Assembly: GCF_963921235.1 (NCBI RefSeq)
Contig: NC_086097.1
Span: 26,104,001 to 26,168,000, forward strand
DNA from: Mobula hypostoma
Taxonomy: Eukaryota
Length of the DNA stretch: 64,000 bases
Reading direction: 5' to 3'
The notes under the pieces were generated by a model, which was given only the letters and a program-made list of their open reading frames with translations, was not told the origin of the DNA and did not search any database. Made by a program: the position numbers and the translations under genes. Position 1 is the stretch's first letter. Each line of letters opens with the position of its first letter. Below, piece by piece: positions 13,167-26,383 of this stretch.

Positions 13167-13845
13167 TTGTTACAGGTTGAGTCTGTGGTAAAGAAGGCAA
13201 ATGCAATGATGGCATTTATTTCAAGGGGAATAGAATATAAAAGCAAGGAGATAATGCTGAGCCTTTATAAGACACAAGTCAGGCTGCACTTGGAGCACTG
13301 TCAACAGTTTTGGGCCCCATATCTCAGAAAGGATGTGTTGTCATTGGAGAGAGTCCAGAGGAGGTCCACGAGGATGATTCCGAAAATGAAGGGGTTAACA
13401 TATGAGAAGTGTTTATCATTGATATTTAGAACAATGTGGGGTGGGGGGGAGGGGTTTAGAAATCTCATTGAAACCTACCGAATGGTGAAAGGACTAGATA
13501 GGCTAGATGTGGAGGGGATGTTTCCTATGGTGGGGGTATCGAGAAATAGAGGACACAGCCTCAAAATTAAGCGGCGACCCTTTAGAACTGAGGTAATGGG
13601 AATTTTTTTTTAGCCAGAGAGTTGTAAATCTGTGGAATGACCTGCCCCAGACTGTGATGGAGACCAAGTCCGTGGGTATATTTAAGGCGGAAGTTGATAG
13701 TTTCCTGATCAGTCAGGGCATCAAAGGATACGGTGAGAAGGCAAGTGTATGGAGTTGAGTGGGATTGGGATCAGCCATGACGGAATGGAGGAGTAAACAT
13801 GATGGGCTGAATGGCCTAATTCTGCTCATATGTCTTATGGCCTTA
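13167..13845 (+). mobile_element. CR1 LINE 3' fragment
   Basis: ORF VKKANAMMAFISRGIEYK...LYKTQVRLHLEHCQQFWAP...RGHSLK, followed by a CR1-type 3' UTR. Confidence 0.88.
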
Positions 13846-16222
13846 TCTCTACCTGTGATATATGTAGAGCAGCTTTGTTTTAGTCTTATCTGGGGCCCCT
13901 CCTCAACTGCTGATCATTTTATTGATGCTGCTCATACAAAACTGAAAACTTCATTGATTTTGGTGCCAATATATTGGTGCACAATAGTTCCCATGTACAC
14001 ATGCTTGTATATAACAAGGAATTAGGAAGGCCATTTTTTTTAAAAATGTGATTGGAGTACAAGAATAGAGGCATATTTGCCTTGGTAACACCACATCAGA
14101 ATAATATATTACTCTGACAAGTCTCGTCTCCCTCCTGAAGAATGCGCTTCTGATAGAGAGTATGCAAAATAGAACACACAGAAAATTAACATGAGTAGGC
14201 CATCCAGCCCCTCAAGCTTGCTCTGGTCCTGACCTTCAATCTTCCCTGTCTCAGTCTCTCCTGTGTGCTAGATCCCCATGGCCCCCAATTCCCCAATCTT
14301 GTGTACATTTGTCTACCTCCGCTTTAAATTCTTCTGATTACCTGGTCTTCACAACCTTCAAGTGAAAAATATTCCAAAGATTCACCAACCTCTGTGATAA
14401 TAAATTTCTGTATTCTTCTGTTTTAAATGCCTAGCTCCTCACTTTGTAACTACATCCTCTTGCTTGAGATTCTCCAACCAATGGGAAAGATCTTGCTATG
14501 CCCACTTAGGATCTTGTGTTTCAATGGTCAAAGTTAAAAGTAAATTTATTATCAAAGTACCTATATGTCATCATGTACTAACCTGAGATTCCCTAAAATT
14601 AATCCCCTTTCTAGACTCCAATTAATACAGATCAAACTTGTTAATCTGTTTAACCTCTTTTGATAAGATATTTTATCCTAGTGAATCTCTTCTGGATCGA
14701 CTCCAGTGCTACTCTATCTTTTCTAAGCTAAAGGAGACAAAACTTGTGCAATACTCTAGATATGGCCTTTCCAATGCCCTACAATGAAAGAATTTATCAG
14801 ATTGTTTCTAGATTGGTGACTATGTCACATAAGGAGAAATAAAGCAGTTTTAGTCCGTAATCTGGGGTGATCTCATTAAAATACAAAAAGCTGTTCCAGG
14901 GCTTGACCGAGTAAAGCGAAGTGCTTCGTTCTGTATATCCAAGCTAAGGATTACAGTTTCAGGGCAAGGATAAGAAGTTTGTTCACCAAGAGCACTGTTC
15001 CTTTGGAATTCTCTAAAATCACTAAGTATTTTCACAACAGATCAATAGAAATTAAGGAATCTACAGATCTGCATTAAGTGCAGAATAGCACCATGGAGGT
15101 AAAAATTAAAACATAATCTTACTGTAAGGCACACACAGCTCGAAGCAGCAAATAGCCTATTCCCATTTATAAACAGACATACACATAATAGGATGGTCCT
15201 CACGGTTGAAGTTGAGCAAGTCATGTTCAAATTGGATTCTGGATTATTGCTGATCAGTGCCATTTCTCAGAGGTTGCTACTGTTGGATTGGGATGTAGAA
15301 TTTTTTTTGTTGTTCTAACTTTCCTATGCTTGTTTGTAATTACAATACAGTTGCTTCTGTTTTTTTAAGAAACTTCTGAGCTATCTGTATAAGTGTCATG
15401 TCACTTGAATCTACTATTTTGTAGGATAATTGTTGTCTCGTCAGGTATGAGAATACCATGACTACTTTTTTGTCTGGTCTTTTCTTTGTTCTCTCAACAC
15501 TTTTTTTGGATCACAAAAGCATCAGGATACAACATTACTCATCACTGCATAAGGGATATTGCAAAAAAAAACTAAATCAGCTTTTCCTAGAAGATGAAGC
15601 AAATTGGTTACAAAGACTTGTCAGGATTGTCCACTTCCCCAAGGTACAACCCCACAGACAGTGCAGAAATAAGAATTTCACTCTTAGTAGCTTCTTAACA
15701 GGATTGCACACAACACATCTAAACAGCGGATTATCTGTCCACCACCGTTTCGACACAATTCAGTGATTTTTGGAGTGTAACTATTCTTCACACTCTACTA
15801 CTCTGTACAAAGTTGCAAAGGAGTTTCTGAGGACATCTTCAAGTATAACATCAATAGCAGAAAGTTACAAAACTGATACCAGAAAAATCACTTAAGAAAA
15901 AAATATTTTAAATTAAAATCATCACCAAAGTATGCATAGTGCAACAGCATAAACATAGTCCAGACTAACTTACAAAATGTTTTCATTTTCTTGCATCCAA
16001 ACACATTTGTTAACAGACACAGTGAGATATTTTGTAGGTATTTTCCAACATTAGGCAAGATGTTCCACATAGCCAGATTTGAGAGCAATTTGATCTGGAT
16101 GTTCAGTAGTACTGGTTAAAACCACCTATTTCTGAATCCATATTACATAATGCAACTCATCACAAAGGGTAAAATAAAACAGAACATTCATGCCTTTTAA
16201 TACAGATAAAATTTGGATTTAC

Positions 16223-16372
16223 CTGGAGAGTCAGGTCTGGAAATACTGTTACTGGGCAAATCTTCTGTTTCAATCGAGTGCAGATCTGTGTAGGATAGAG
16301 CCAAACTCAGATTGCTGGGCTCCTCAGATTGAGTAGTCCAGCTTTCTTCTGAAGTAGGAGGTTCTTTTGAAC
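16223..16372 (-). CDS. STON2: Probable second coding exon of stonin-2 (150 bp, phase 1 to phase 1)
   Basis: Acceptor ttcttttatattgattAG and donor CCAG|GTAAAT. The frame is open and phase-compatible with the upstream exon: (G)SKEPPTSEESWTTQSEEPSNLSLALSYTDLHSIETEDLPSNSISRPDSP(G). It is acidic and Ser/Pro-rich like the stonin-2 N-terminus. Assignment rests on splice sites and phase, not on strong similarity. Confidence 0.65.
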
Positions 16373-16451
16373 CTAATCAATATAAAAGAATTTTAAAGTT
16401 GTCAAGAAAGTGCATTTCTTCCACAACTAAAACTGCAGTACTTTACTTTAA

Positions 16452-18247
16452 TAGTGAGAACAGAAGGCCTGTTGTGTGCCATTAGGCATCGATTTAAGTG
16501 GAACATTGATGTGATGGAACGCAAAAAATGCAGCTATGATCTACGCAAAGTCACCAGCAGCGAAACTACAATACAGGGAGAAGATCCAGACAACTCTCCA
16601 CCAATAACACACGCAGCTTATGGCAAGGTCTGCACACCATCGCAGACTTCAAAGCTAAGTGCAATGATGCTACCAGCATTGCTGCCTCTCTCCCAGATGA
16701 GCTAAATATATTTTATACTCGGTTCGATGTCACCAACATGGAACCCCTGAGGAGAGCCACCCCTGCATCTTAGTCATCTCTGAGGCTGAAGTATGCAAGT
16801 GTTTCCAATGAGTGGACAGTCACAAGGCTGCGGGACCGGATGGCATCCCAGGGTGGGTACTCAGGATGTGCGTGGCACAACTAGCAGGTGTGATTACATT
16901 TTTAATCTCTCCTGCTCCCAGTGTAGAGTGCCCTCCTGCTTCAAAACATCCATCATTGTTCCTGTACCTAAAAAGACCAAGGTAATATGACTGAATGACT
17001 GGCGTCCTGTCGCGCTCACCTTAACTAGCAAATGCTTTGAGAGGCTGGTCAAGGATTACATCTGCAGCATGCTAGACCCCCTACAATTCGCCTACTGACA
17101 CAACTGATCAACAGATGACACAATAGCCTCAGCTCTACACACTGTTCTTACACATCTGCAGAAGGATGCTTGTATGAGAATGTTGTTCTGGGGTCTACAG
17201 TTCAGCATTTAACATCACAATTCCCTCCAGGCTTGACAAGAAGCTCAGAGACCTCAGACTTCACCCTGCCTTGTGTAGCTGGATCCTGGACTTCCTGTCT
17301 GATCGCCAGCAGATGGCAAGAGTGGACCCCCTCAGCCCTGCCCCTCTGACCTTCAACACAGGTGTCCTAAGCCCCTCCTTTACTCTCCGTATACCCATGA
17401 CTGTGTCACCACCCACAGATGCAATCTGTTAATTAAATTTGCTGACAACATTACATTAATTGGCCTTACCTCAAATAATGATGAGGCAGCCTACAGAGAA
17501 GTCGTCATCACCCTGACACAGTGGTGTCAAGAAAACAACTTCTCCCTCAATGTCACAAAAACAAAGGAACAGGTTGTGGACTACAGGAGGAATAGAGGCA
17601 GACTAACCCCTATTGATATCAATGAATCTGGGGTTGAGAGGGTGAACAGCTTTAAGTTCCTTGGCGTCCACTTCACTGAGGATCTCACGTGATCTGTACA
17701 TACCCGCAGTGTGATGAAAAAAGCATATCACCACCCTTTCACCTCAGAAGGCTGAAGAAGTTTAGTATGGGTCCCCAAATCTTAAGGACTTTCTATAGGG
17801 ATTATAATTAAGAGCATACTGACTGGCTGCATCACTGCCTAGTATGGGAACTGTACTTCTCTCAATCACAGGGCCTGGCAGAGAATGGTGTGGACAGCCC
17901 AGCACGAACTTTCCACTATTCAGTGTGTAAAAAGGACCCGAAGGATTATTGGGGACCCAAGTCACCCTAATCACAAACTGTTCCAGCTGCTACCATCTGG
18001 GAAACTGTACCACAGCATAAAAACCAGGACCAACAGGGTCTAGGACAGCTTCTTCCACCAGGCCATTAGATTGATGAACTCACGCTGATACAGTTGTATT
18101 TCTATGCTATATTGACTGTCCTGTTGTACATATCATTCATTACAAATTACTATAAATTACACATTGCACATTTAGAAGGAGACATAACAGAGATTTTTAC
18201 TCCTCATGTATACGAATGATGTAAGAAATAAAGTCAATCCAATTCAA
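16452..18247 (+). mobile_element. Rex1/Babar-clade LINE fragment (RT to 3' tail), degenerate
   Basis: VPSCFKTSIIVPVPKK, WRPVALT, DPLQFAY, YTHDC, KFAD-like and FKFLGV motifs across frames. Ends AATAAA followed by (CAATT)-like repeats. Confidence 0.85.
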
Positions 18248-19421
18248 TGTATCTGGGAGACACTGACAAGGAAAGTCATTCACTACATCCCATCAATGCA
18301 GCCCCTATCAGCATACAATTATTCTTAAATATCAGGGATTTTTACCAAATACTGTACCAGAAGTGCAAATAGTCTACTTTAATTGTTCATCACCGAATAA
18401 AACATTTATTTTTGCAGTGGTTTAAATTGATATCTTTCAGATCAAAAAGCTCTATTATTCTAGATCTATAATTTCTATTCCTTTAACCATCTAATAAACC
18501 AACAAGATGACATCTCAAATGGTTTTTTTTCAAATAAAGTTCAACTATTTCTCACCTTTCCTCCCAAATCAGAAACCAGCATTAGGCCCTTCGTTGTTTC
18601 TATGCACAGTGCACCGTAAGAACATACTGCACAGCGCTAGGCAGAATATGATGGAGACTCGAAAACAAGGTGAGAGAAAAAAAGTAATTGAAAAGAACCA
18701 ATTGCAAGGCTTTTGAATATCAAAGTCTCACTTTTAGTTAATGAAGTGTCCAAAAGTTTTATTTTAAAACAAATTCCAAGTTGGTGCTTGATCTGTAGGA
18801 TTGAATCATGTTATGATACTTCTCTTCCCACAAACAGGTAATCTGTCATCAAGATGAAGAGCCATTGAAGACATCGACAACCATATAATGATTTATTTAA
18901 GGTCTTTTAAAGACAAATTAAGAAATAAATTCAGCAATACAAAGAGAAAGTATTGTTGCTTCTCAAAATCATGATAACTTGGTTTTAAAATATACACTAC
19001 TACTTTGTAGGTTAACACAACATGCATTTTAGGTTGTGCATACCTTTTTGCCTTTGTGACTTGGGTTCAATTCTGCCACCCGTATCAACAGACAATTTGA
19101 ACATTCTCCCTCTATGTGCTAGGAGCAGGAAAAGTTCGCTGAACCCCTCAACCCCACCTTTCAGTAAGATCAAGGCTCATCCACTTTTGGCCTCCTTTCA
19201 CATTCCTACCTTCCCTTAGTAATACTTCACTTCTATACTCATTAAAAATCTATCCTTTATCTGTCTTAAAATGAAACTGAAATGCAAACTTCAACATATA
19301 CATGTTTAAGTCCTTAATGGAACATGGACAAAGAAGGGAATTAATCTTAAGATAAAAATGGAGAATGGAGCTGCTACTATATAAGAAGAACTATAGGGTG
19401 ATTACTGTATACAGTTTACTT

Positions 19422-19542
19422 GGGTCTCGGCCTGAAACGTCGACTGTACCTCTTCCTAGAGATGCTGCCTGGCCTGCTGCGTTCACCAGCAACTTTGATG
19501 TGTGTTGCTTGAATTTCCAGCATTTGCAGAATTCCTCGTGTT
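19422..19542 (+). mobile_element. Short Penelope terminal-repeat insertion starting inside the hammerhead stem II
   Basis: Nearly identical to the repeat at 59390-59506 (reverse) and 60096-60180. Flanked by a 12-bp direct repeat with 1 mismatch (TACAGTTTACTT 19410-19421 / TACAATTTACTT 19543-19554). Confidence 0.85.
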
Positions 19543-19978
19543 TACAATTTACTTTGAAGGTTTAAAAAAAAGGTAGTTATGGGTTAGTTTATCATCAGAA
19601 ACTCCAGGTCATGTGCACAATGATAAATAAACCTCTACTGGTCACCTAATGAATGTGACATTTGGCTCTTGGCTCCATATTGGGTCACTGCCCTGGCAAA
19701 GGGTACATTTGTTATCACAAATAGCTGTAAATCAGGAATTGGAAGAGAGGGAGCAAGTCACGAAAATTACAAATTAGGGAAATTATTGTGAGCAAATTAT
19801 TGGAACTATTGATTCTATTGTATTTCTTGGTTCTGTTGTGAATGTCTGTAAGAAAATTAACCTCAAGGTAGTTTATGGTGACATATATACTTTAATAATA
19901 AATTTATCAATGATTATTATGATCAACAAATAAATTTACGCTGTAGTCAGAAATGTAGATTAAGGCAGGTGGTGCAGC

Positions 19979-20156
19979 ACACACAAAATACTGGAGGAAC
20001 TTAGAAGACCAGGCAGCATCAATGGAAAAGAGTAAACAGTCAACAAGGCGTCTTGGCCCGACACATCAACTGTTTACTCTGCCTGCCCTGCTGGGTTCCT
20101 CCAGTGCTTTGTGTGTGAAGCTTGGATTTCCAGCATGTGTAGATTTTCTCTCGTTT
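19979..20156. repeat. Head-to-head inverted pair of older Penelope terminal-repeat fragments
   Basis: cacacaaaatactggaggaac...agagtaaacagt on the left pairs with actgtttactct...gttcctccagtgctttgtgtgtg on the right, with a degenerate hammerhead remnant in the middle. Confidence 0.75.
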
Positions 20157-21654
20157 GAGACAGATTGTGCAATTTTTTTTCTCTCAGAAAGCAAGTCTTC
20201 GGCTTTCTCTTGCTTAAAAGGGCAGCAGCAAGAACCTTTTTTTAAAATAAAAGAAGAAACCTTTCTTTAAAATTCTTTTTCAGACAAATCCTTGATAAGA
20301 AAGGGAGTAGGCATTAAGGCAGAGTTGAGATTCAATCAGCTGAGCCATAATCTTACTGACTTGCAAAGCTGGCTGAAGGGATAGTGTGTCTTGTTCTTAA
20401 TTCATAAGTAAAACCAGAGAAAAATGTTTAATTCCTGCATGAGGCAACTAGTCCTGGTAGGGAAGGCATTTCTACTTGGTGCAAGTTCTGGTATGACTTT
20501 CAGGTTCTGAACATGACACTTATGATCTTTTAACAGCTGCTTCATGAGTCTGCCAAAATGTTCTCTCTCCTATCAAAAGAAATGTTTAGTAGAGGATGCT
20601 GCAGCTCCAAATGAAAACCCGAGGAACTCAGTCTAAGCTAGCTAGAAAAAGATATTTGAGAGTTTATTGTTTGTCTATTATTAAAGTCATTGCCTGGAGT
20701 TCACTACAATGCTCAAGAAATCTTTCAGCAGGGCTGGACAATAATTCCTCAAAACACATTGGATGACCTTCTCCACTAAAACAACTAGCTATTATTTTGT
20801 ATATTATTTGATAACTCCCACAGAAACGGCCCAGTTGTTGCCAGTGATCTATGAAGAATGCAAGTTATGCAATTATGGTAGTTCCAGTAAACTAGTAATG
20901 AAGCACTGGGTCACTGACTTGAATGTTTATGTTACCTCCAAAACAAAACCTACGTAGGGTTTCCCAAAGGATTAGAAAATAATGAAATTGCTAAAGAATG
21001 ATCAAGAGAGGATTACCTACTGCCAGTTTATGCTATTCATGTGAATTCAGCCAAAGAACATTCTTTTCACGTGCTTTTAATTTAACCTGAGTCATGAAAT
21101 TCTCCAATTCTAACCAATCAGCATTGTAATTCAGTATTCAATTGAAATTAACATTCTCATCTTCACAATGAAATTATTTAATCTTAATATACTGTATTTC
21201 TCTGAATTCTTATTTCTTGTTATACTTCAAAAGAAGAAATAAGGTAAATGATCTTAGGTTTGTAACTAATATCAACATTTTTAATTATAACTGCTGCACT
21301 AGTAAATCAAGAGGCACAAAACTGTCATTGAACAATTCTAAAGCACAGGAACATTGATAATGGCTAACCAGAGAGGGTATGGTCAGAGATGTGGATTGTT
21401 TAATGTCAGCAACTGGAAGGCCATTTTCACATTGTAAAAAGGTGAGATCACTACTGTTCAATACCCATTAGAAACCATAAAATTAGTTTTCCATTTTCAA
21501 AATTTTTTTTAAAGACTATAGTGGAATTACAATTTTGTGACAATCCATGGATTATATAAAAGGGAGTATCTTATGAACAATAATCGTAATAATATATAAT
21601 GAGATAAACAAATTCAGTAAAATTTAATTTAGGTTTGTGGGTTAGTTTTGGATC

Positions 21655-22378
21655 TCATTTTGGATGATGTTGAGGGGGGTGACCTGACAGGGAACAGCCA
21701 CAGTGACCAGGTCTCTGGCACTGAGCCTGGCGCTGTTGTGCAGGAGGGGAGGAGGGAGAAGAGGAATGCGGTAGTCATAGGGGATTCCATAGTCAAGGGA
21801 ACAGACAGGAGATTCTGTGAGCCTGATAGAGATACCCGCATGGTGTGTTGCCTGCCAGGTGCCAGGGTATGGGATGTCTCGGATCGGGTCCAGAATATTC
21901 TGAAGGGAGAGCGCGAGCAGCCAGCTGTCTTGGTACATGTTGGTACCAATGACATAGATAGGAAAAGGGAGATGGTCCTGAAGAGAGATTTCCGGGAGTT
22001 AGGAAGGAAGCTGAGACGCAGGATCTCCAGGATAGTAATCTCGGGATTGCTACCAGTGCCATGTGCTAGCGAGGGCAAAAATAGTAGGATCAGGCAGATG
22101 AATGGTGACTGAGAGACTGGTGCAGGGGGCAGGGCTTCAGATTCTTGGATCATTGGGATCTCTTCTGGGGGAAGTATGACCTGTTCAAAAAGGACGGGTT
22201 ATACCTGAACCCGAAGGGGACCAATATCCTGGCGGGAAGGTTTAACAGAGCTATTAGGGAGGGTTTAAACTAATTTGGCAGGGGGATGGGAACCAGAATG
22301 ATAGAGCGGAGGAGGGGGAAAACAGAAATAAATCTAAGATAGTGAGCAGTAAGGATGTCAGGGAGGACAGGCAGGTGT
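21655..22378 (+). mobile_element. CR1 ORF1 fragment (SGNH esterase-like domain)
   Basis: AVVIGDSIVKG, VCCLPGARV, VLVHVGTNDI. After a frameshift it continues WCRGQGFRFLDHW...DGLYLN...REGLN*. Confidence 0.9.
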
Positions 22379-24419
22379 TATACTCTTATACTTGTTATAC
22401 TCTCAATAACAAGTATAGACCCCACCAGATCTGGGAATTTATCCACAATGTTTTTTCCACTATATGCAACACCACTTCCTCCTTGATCTCAAGATGTCTT
22501 TGATTTTTGTATAACCCCGCCCGATCTCTGAATCCTCCATGTCTATTTCCTTGGTGAATATCGAAGTGAAGTACAGTACATATTATTTATTACCTCACAC
22601 CCTTCCTCTGACTTTAGGCATAAATGTCCTCCTGAATGAGATGCCCTGAGATTCTCTTTAATCCTACTGGCCAAGGGCATTTAATGGCCCTTCTCGGCCT
22701 CTCCGATTCACTGTTAAATTCTTTTCTGCCTCCTTTATATTCCTCAAAGGGCCCATCTGATTTCAGCTTTCTAAATGATAAATATATACATTTCTGTTCC
22801 TTGCAACGTTTCTTTATCCCAAGGTGATGTTCTGGTTTTCTCCCACACCCAACGAAGTTAGTAAGTTAATTTCCACTGTCAAGAAACTGTTTCCCATCCT
22901 AATCGTTCTGGTTTTTAATGCATCGGCATCTCCTGCCTGATGGTAGAAAGTCAAAGAGGATGCTGGGATCCTTAATAATTTTAATAGCCCTGCAGATGTA
23001 GCGCTCCTGATAAATGTCCCTGATGGATGGTAGGGAGACCCCACGATCCTCTCAGCTGTTCTCGCAGTCCTCTACCGGGACTTCTGTGTCCCGAGTGATG
23101 TCAAGCTTCCTGAATGTACTAGTGCTGCACTCATCCAGACAAGTAAGTAGAGAATACTTTGTGATTTGAAAATTCTGGGAAAATACACTGGGATATCAGG
23201 AGGCAAGTCACCTCGCAGCAAGATACTCCAGCTATGCTTATAGCTATGGAATTTATGTGACTGAACCAGTTGGTTTTCTGATCAATGGCGAATCCCCCAA
23301 GATGTCAATGGCAGGAGAACTTAGTGATGGTAGTGCCATGAATGACAAAGGTAGGTTATTCGACAGACTTGTTTGAAACAGCCACTGCCCAGCAAGTCTA
23401 AAGCATGAATGTTATATGCTACTTGTTTATCCATGCTTGGGTGTTCAAAATTTATAATCAAAGTACATATGACAGCATATGCAACCCTGAGATTTATTTT
23501 ATTGCAGGCATTCACGGTAAATACAAGAAACACAACAGGACAAACAATTAATGTGTAAAAGACAAACTATGCAAATACAAAAGGAAATAAAAGAAATAAC
23601 AATAAATGAATAAATAAACAATGAATATTGAGAACACGAGTTGAAGATCTCATAATTCCAGTTTAAGAAGGCACTACTAAAGGCAAGCGACTACTTACCG
23701 GTGGTTAGCAAAACAAGAATATAACTAAATACATTACTACTAACACTTCTTCCGTAAAAATGATGGTAAACAATGAAGAGGCAAGTGAAAGCAAGGCTGA
23801 ATTGAGGGTCAGAGCGTGCGGGATGCGAGGCAAAGTCAGGGTGAGGTCGAGGCGAAGTCAAGGTGAGTGGAGGGAGCAGTCAGAGCTGAGGAGAGGCAGA
23901 TTTGAGGCCCATGCACCTAAACTGAAAGTGAGGTTTGATCGAGCTAAGCATTCAGGCCAATTTGGAAAGGTCAGGTACGGACTGAAAAGTGTTGGCGGGG
24001 TCCAGGCACAGAGTGCATCGATTAACATGGTCCTGGTCTTAGAGCAAGGAATGACCCAAAGTTTGGATGAGTTAAATGCCGGGCCAGGTGGATTGAAAAG
24101 GCAGGGAATCAGGACCAGAGGCGAGGGTTGGGTTGGTTCTGCACATTTACTCTGCTCCGCACTACGCTGAGGCTGAGGCCTGCTCCAGGCTTTTTGTCTG
24201 TGGGCACTGCAATGATTACTCCGCTATGCACTAAATTGAGGCTGAGGCTGTGGCCTGGTCCGGTCCAGCTGCTCAGAGCTTTGTGTCTAAGAACTCACTC
24301 TTGTTCTAAATGCTTTTTGCTTAACTTTATTGTTTGCACAATTTGTTTTTTTTTCTCCCTCTGCCCATTGGATGGTGGCTGTCAACCTTTTTTTTAAAAA
24401 AAATGGGTTCTTTTGGGCT

Positions 24420-25950
24420 TCTTTGAAGAATCCTTGAAAGTGAGTTCATAGGTTGTGGCAACAGTTTAGTGATGAGGCGAGTGAAGTTGAATGAAATTAT
24501 CCCGTGGTTCAAGAGCCTGGTGGTTGAGTGGGTAGTAACTATTTCCAAACATGGTGGTGTGGTTCTCAGGCTCCCATACCTTCTTCTAAATGGCAGCAGA
24601 GAGAAGAAAGCACGGCCTAGATAGTGTGGATCCCTGATGATGGATGCCACTTTCCTGCGACATCAGCCGATGTAGATGTGCTCAATGATGGGGAGGGCTT
24701 CACCTGTGATGGACTGGGCCGTATCAACTACCTGTTACAGGCTTTCCCATTCAATAGCACTGGTATCTCCTCATCAGGCCATGATGCAGCTAGTCAATAT
24801 GTCCTCCACCGCACATCCATAGAAGTTCGTCAAAGTTTTAGATGGCATGCCAAACCTTCACAAACTTGTATGTAAAAGTGCTGACGTGCTTTCTTCATAA
24901 TGGCACTTATGTGCTGGACCTAAGATAGATCCTCTGAACTTATAATACCAAGGAATTTAAAGTTGGTGACCCTCTCCACCTCTGATCCCCTGACGAGGAC
25001 TGGCTCATGGACCTCTGGTTTCCTCCTCCTGAAGCCAATAATCAATTCCTTGGTCTTGCTGACACTGAGTGAGAGGTGGTTGTTGTAGCACTACTCAGCA
25101 AGATTTTCAATTTCCCTCCTATGTGCTGATCCATCACCACCCTTGATTTGACCAACAGTGGTGTCATCGGCAATCTTAAATATGCCAATGGAGCTGTGCT
25201 TAGCCACACAGTTATAATTGTAAAGTAAGTAAAGCAGGGAGCTAAGAATACAGCCTTGCGGTGTATCTGTACTGAAGGAGATCATGGAGGAGATGTTGTT
25301 GCCAACCTGAACTGACTGGGGTCTGCAAATGAGGAAATCCAGGACTCAATTGCACAAGGGAGGTATTAAGGCCAAGGTCTTGAAGCTTATTGATTAATTT
25401 TGAGAAGATGGTAGTATCGAGTGCAGAGCTGTAGTCAATGAAGAGCATCCTGATTTATGCATCTTTGCTGTCCAGATGTTCCAGAGTTGAGTGAAGGGCC
25501 AATGAAATGGCATCTGCTGATAACCTGTTGTGACAGTAGGAAAATTGGAGCAGATCCAACAGACAAAAGTTGATATGTTCCATCACCAAGCTCTCAAAGC
25601 ACTTCATCACAGTGGATGTAAGTGCTATCAGATGATTGTCATTGAAGCAAGTTACCATGCTCTTCTTGGGTATTGATATAATTGAGTCCTGCTTGAAGCA
25701 GGTGGGTAGCTCTGACTGCAAAGCAAGAGGTTAAAGATCCCAGTGAACATTCCAGCTGGCTGATCAGCATAGGTCTTCAATACTTGGCCAGATACCCCAT
25801 TTGTGCCAGATGCTTTCTGTGGGTTTACTCCCCTGAAGGATGCTTTCACAGCAACCTCAGAGATTGAAATTACAGGGTCATCGGGCCTGTGAGAGTTGAT
25901 GTTTTTATGGTCAAAATGAGCACAAACAGCATTGAGTGCAGTATACAATC
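24420..25950 (-). mobile_element. Rex1/Babar-clade LINE fragment, degenerate
   Basis: KASGTNGV, PTCFKQ..IISIPKK, MLFIDYSSA, PQGCILSSLLY, FKIADDTTVG and ASIIRDPHY...LLPFRRRY. Boundaries are approximate. Confidence 0.85.
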
Positions 25951-26383
25951 TCATATTTACTAGGGTTCTTTAGTGCCATGCTTGGTCAAAAGCTGCCATG
26001 TTAAAAGCAGTTGCTCATACCTCACTTCTAGAGTTCAGCTCTTTGATCCATCAATACAATAAAAAAAATGCCACACTTCCATATAAAAATGGTTCACCTG
26101 CCCGACTGATAATTCAAACAACATATAAAATAATTTAAAATATTAAAAGAAGGACATATGTCAAAACTACAATAAGAATCACAGGGGTGGGGCTATAATA
26201 GATGACTTCCAAGGACAGGGACAGCAAACGTTTTTAAGTGCGTATAATTGGCAATAATTTTCTCACGTGCCATGGCATTTGAGCAGGGACTATCACTAAT
26301 TAATGAGTTAGGGACAATTATGGTGGGGGGGGGGAAGAAATAGTGAAGAATGGAAAGGTAGCCAACTTTGATGGTATCAGATG

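Noticed and set aside
15040..16100. Short ORFs and AG/GT signals downstream of the 16223-16372 exon
   Set aside because: No open frame with stonin motifs (WVQF, NPF) found. The next exon probably lies outside the window.
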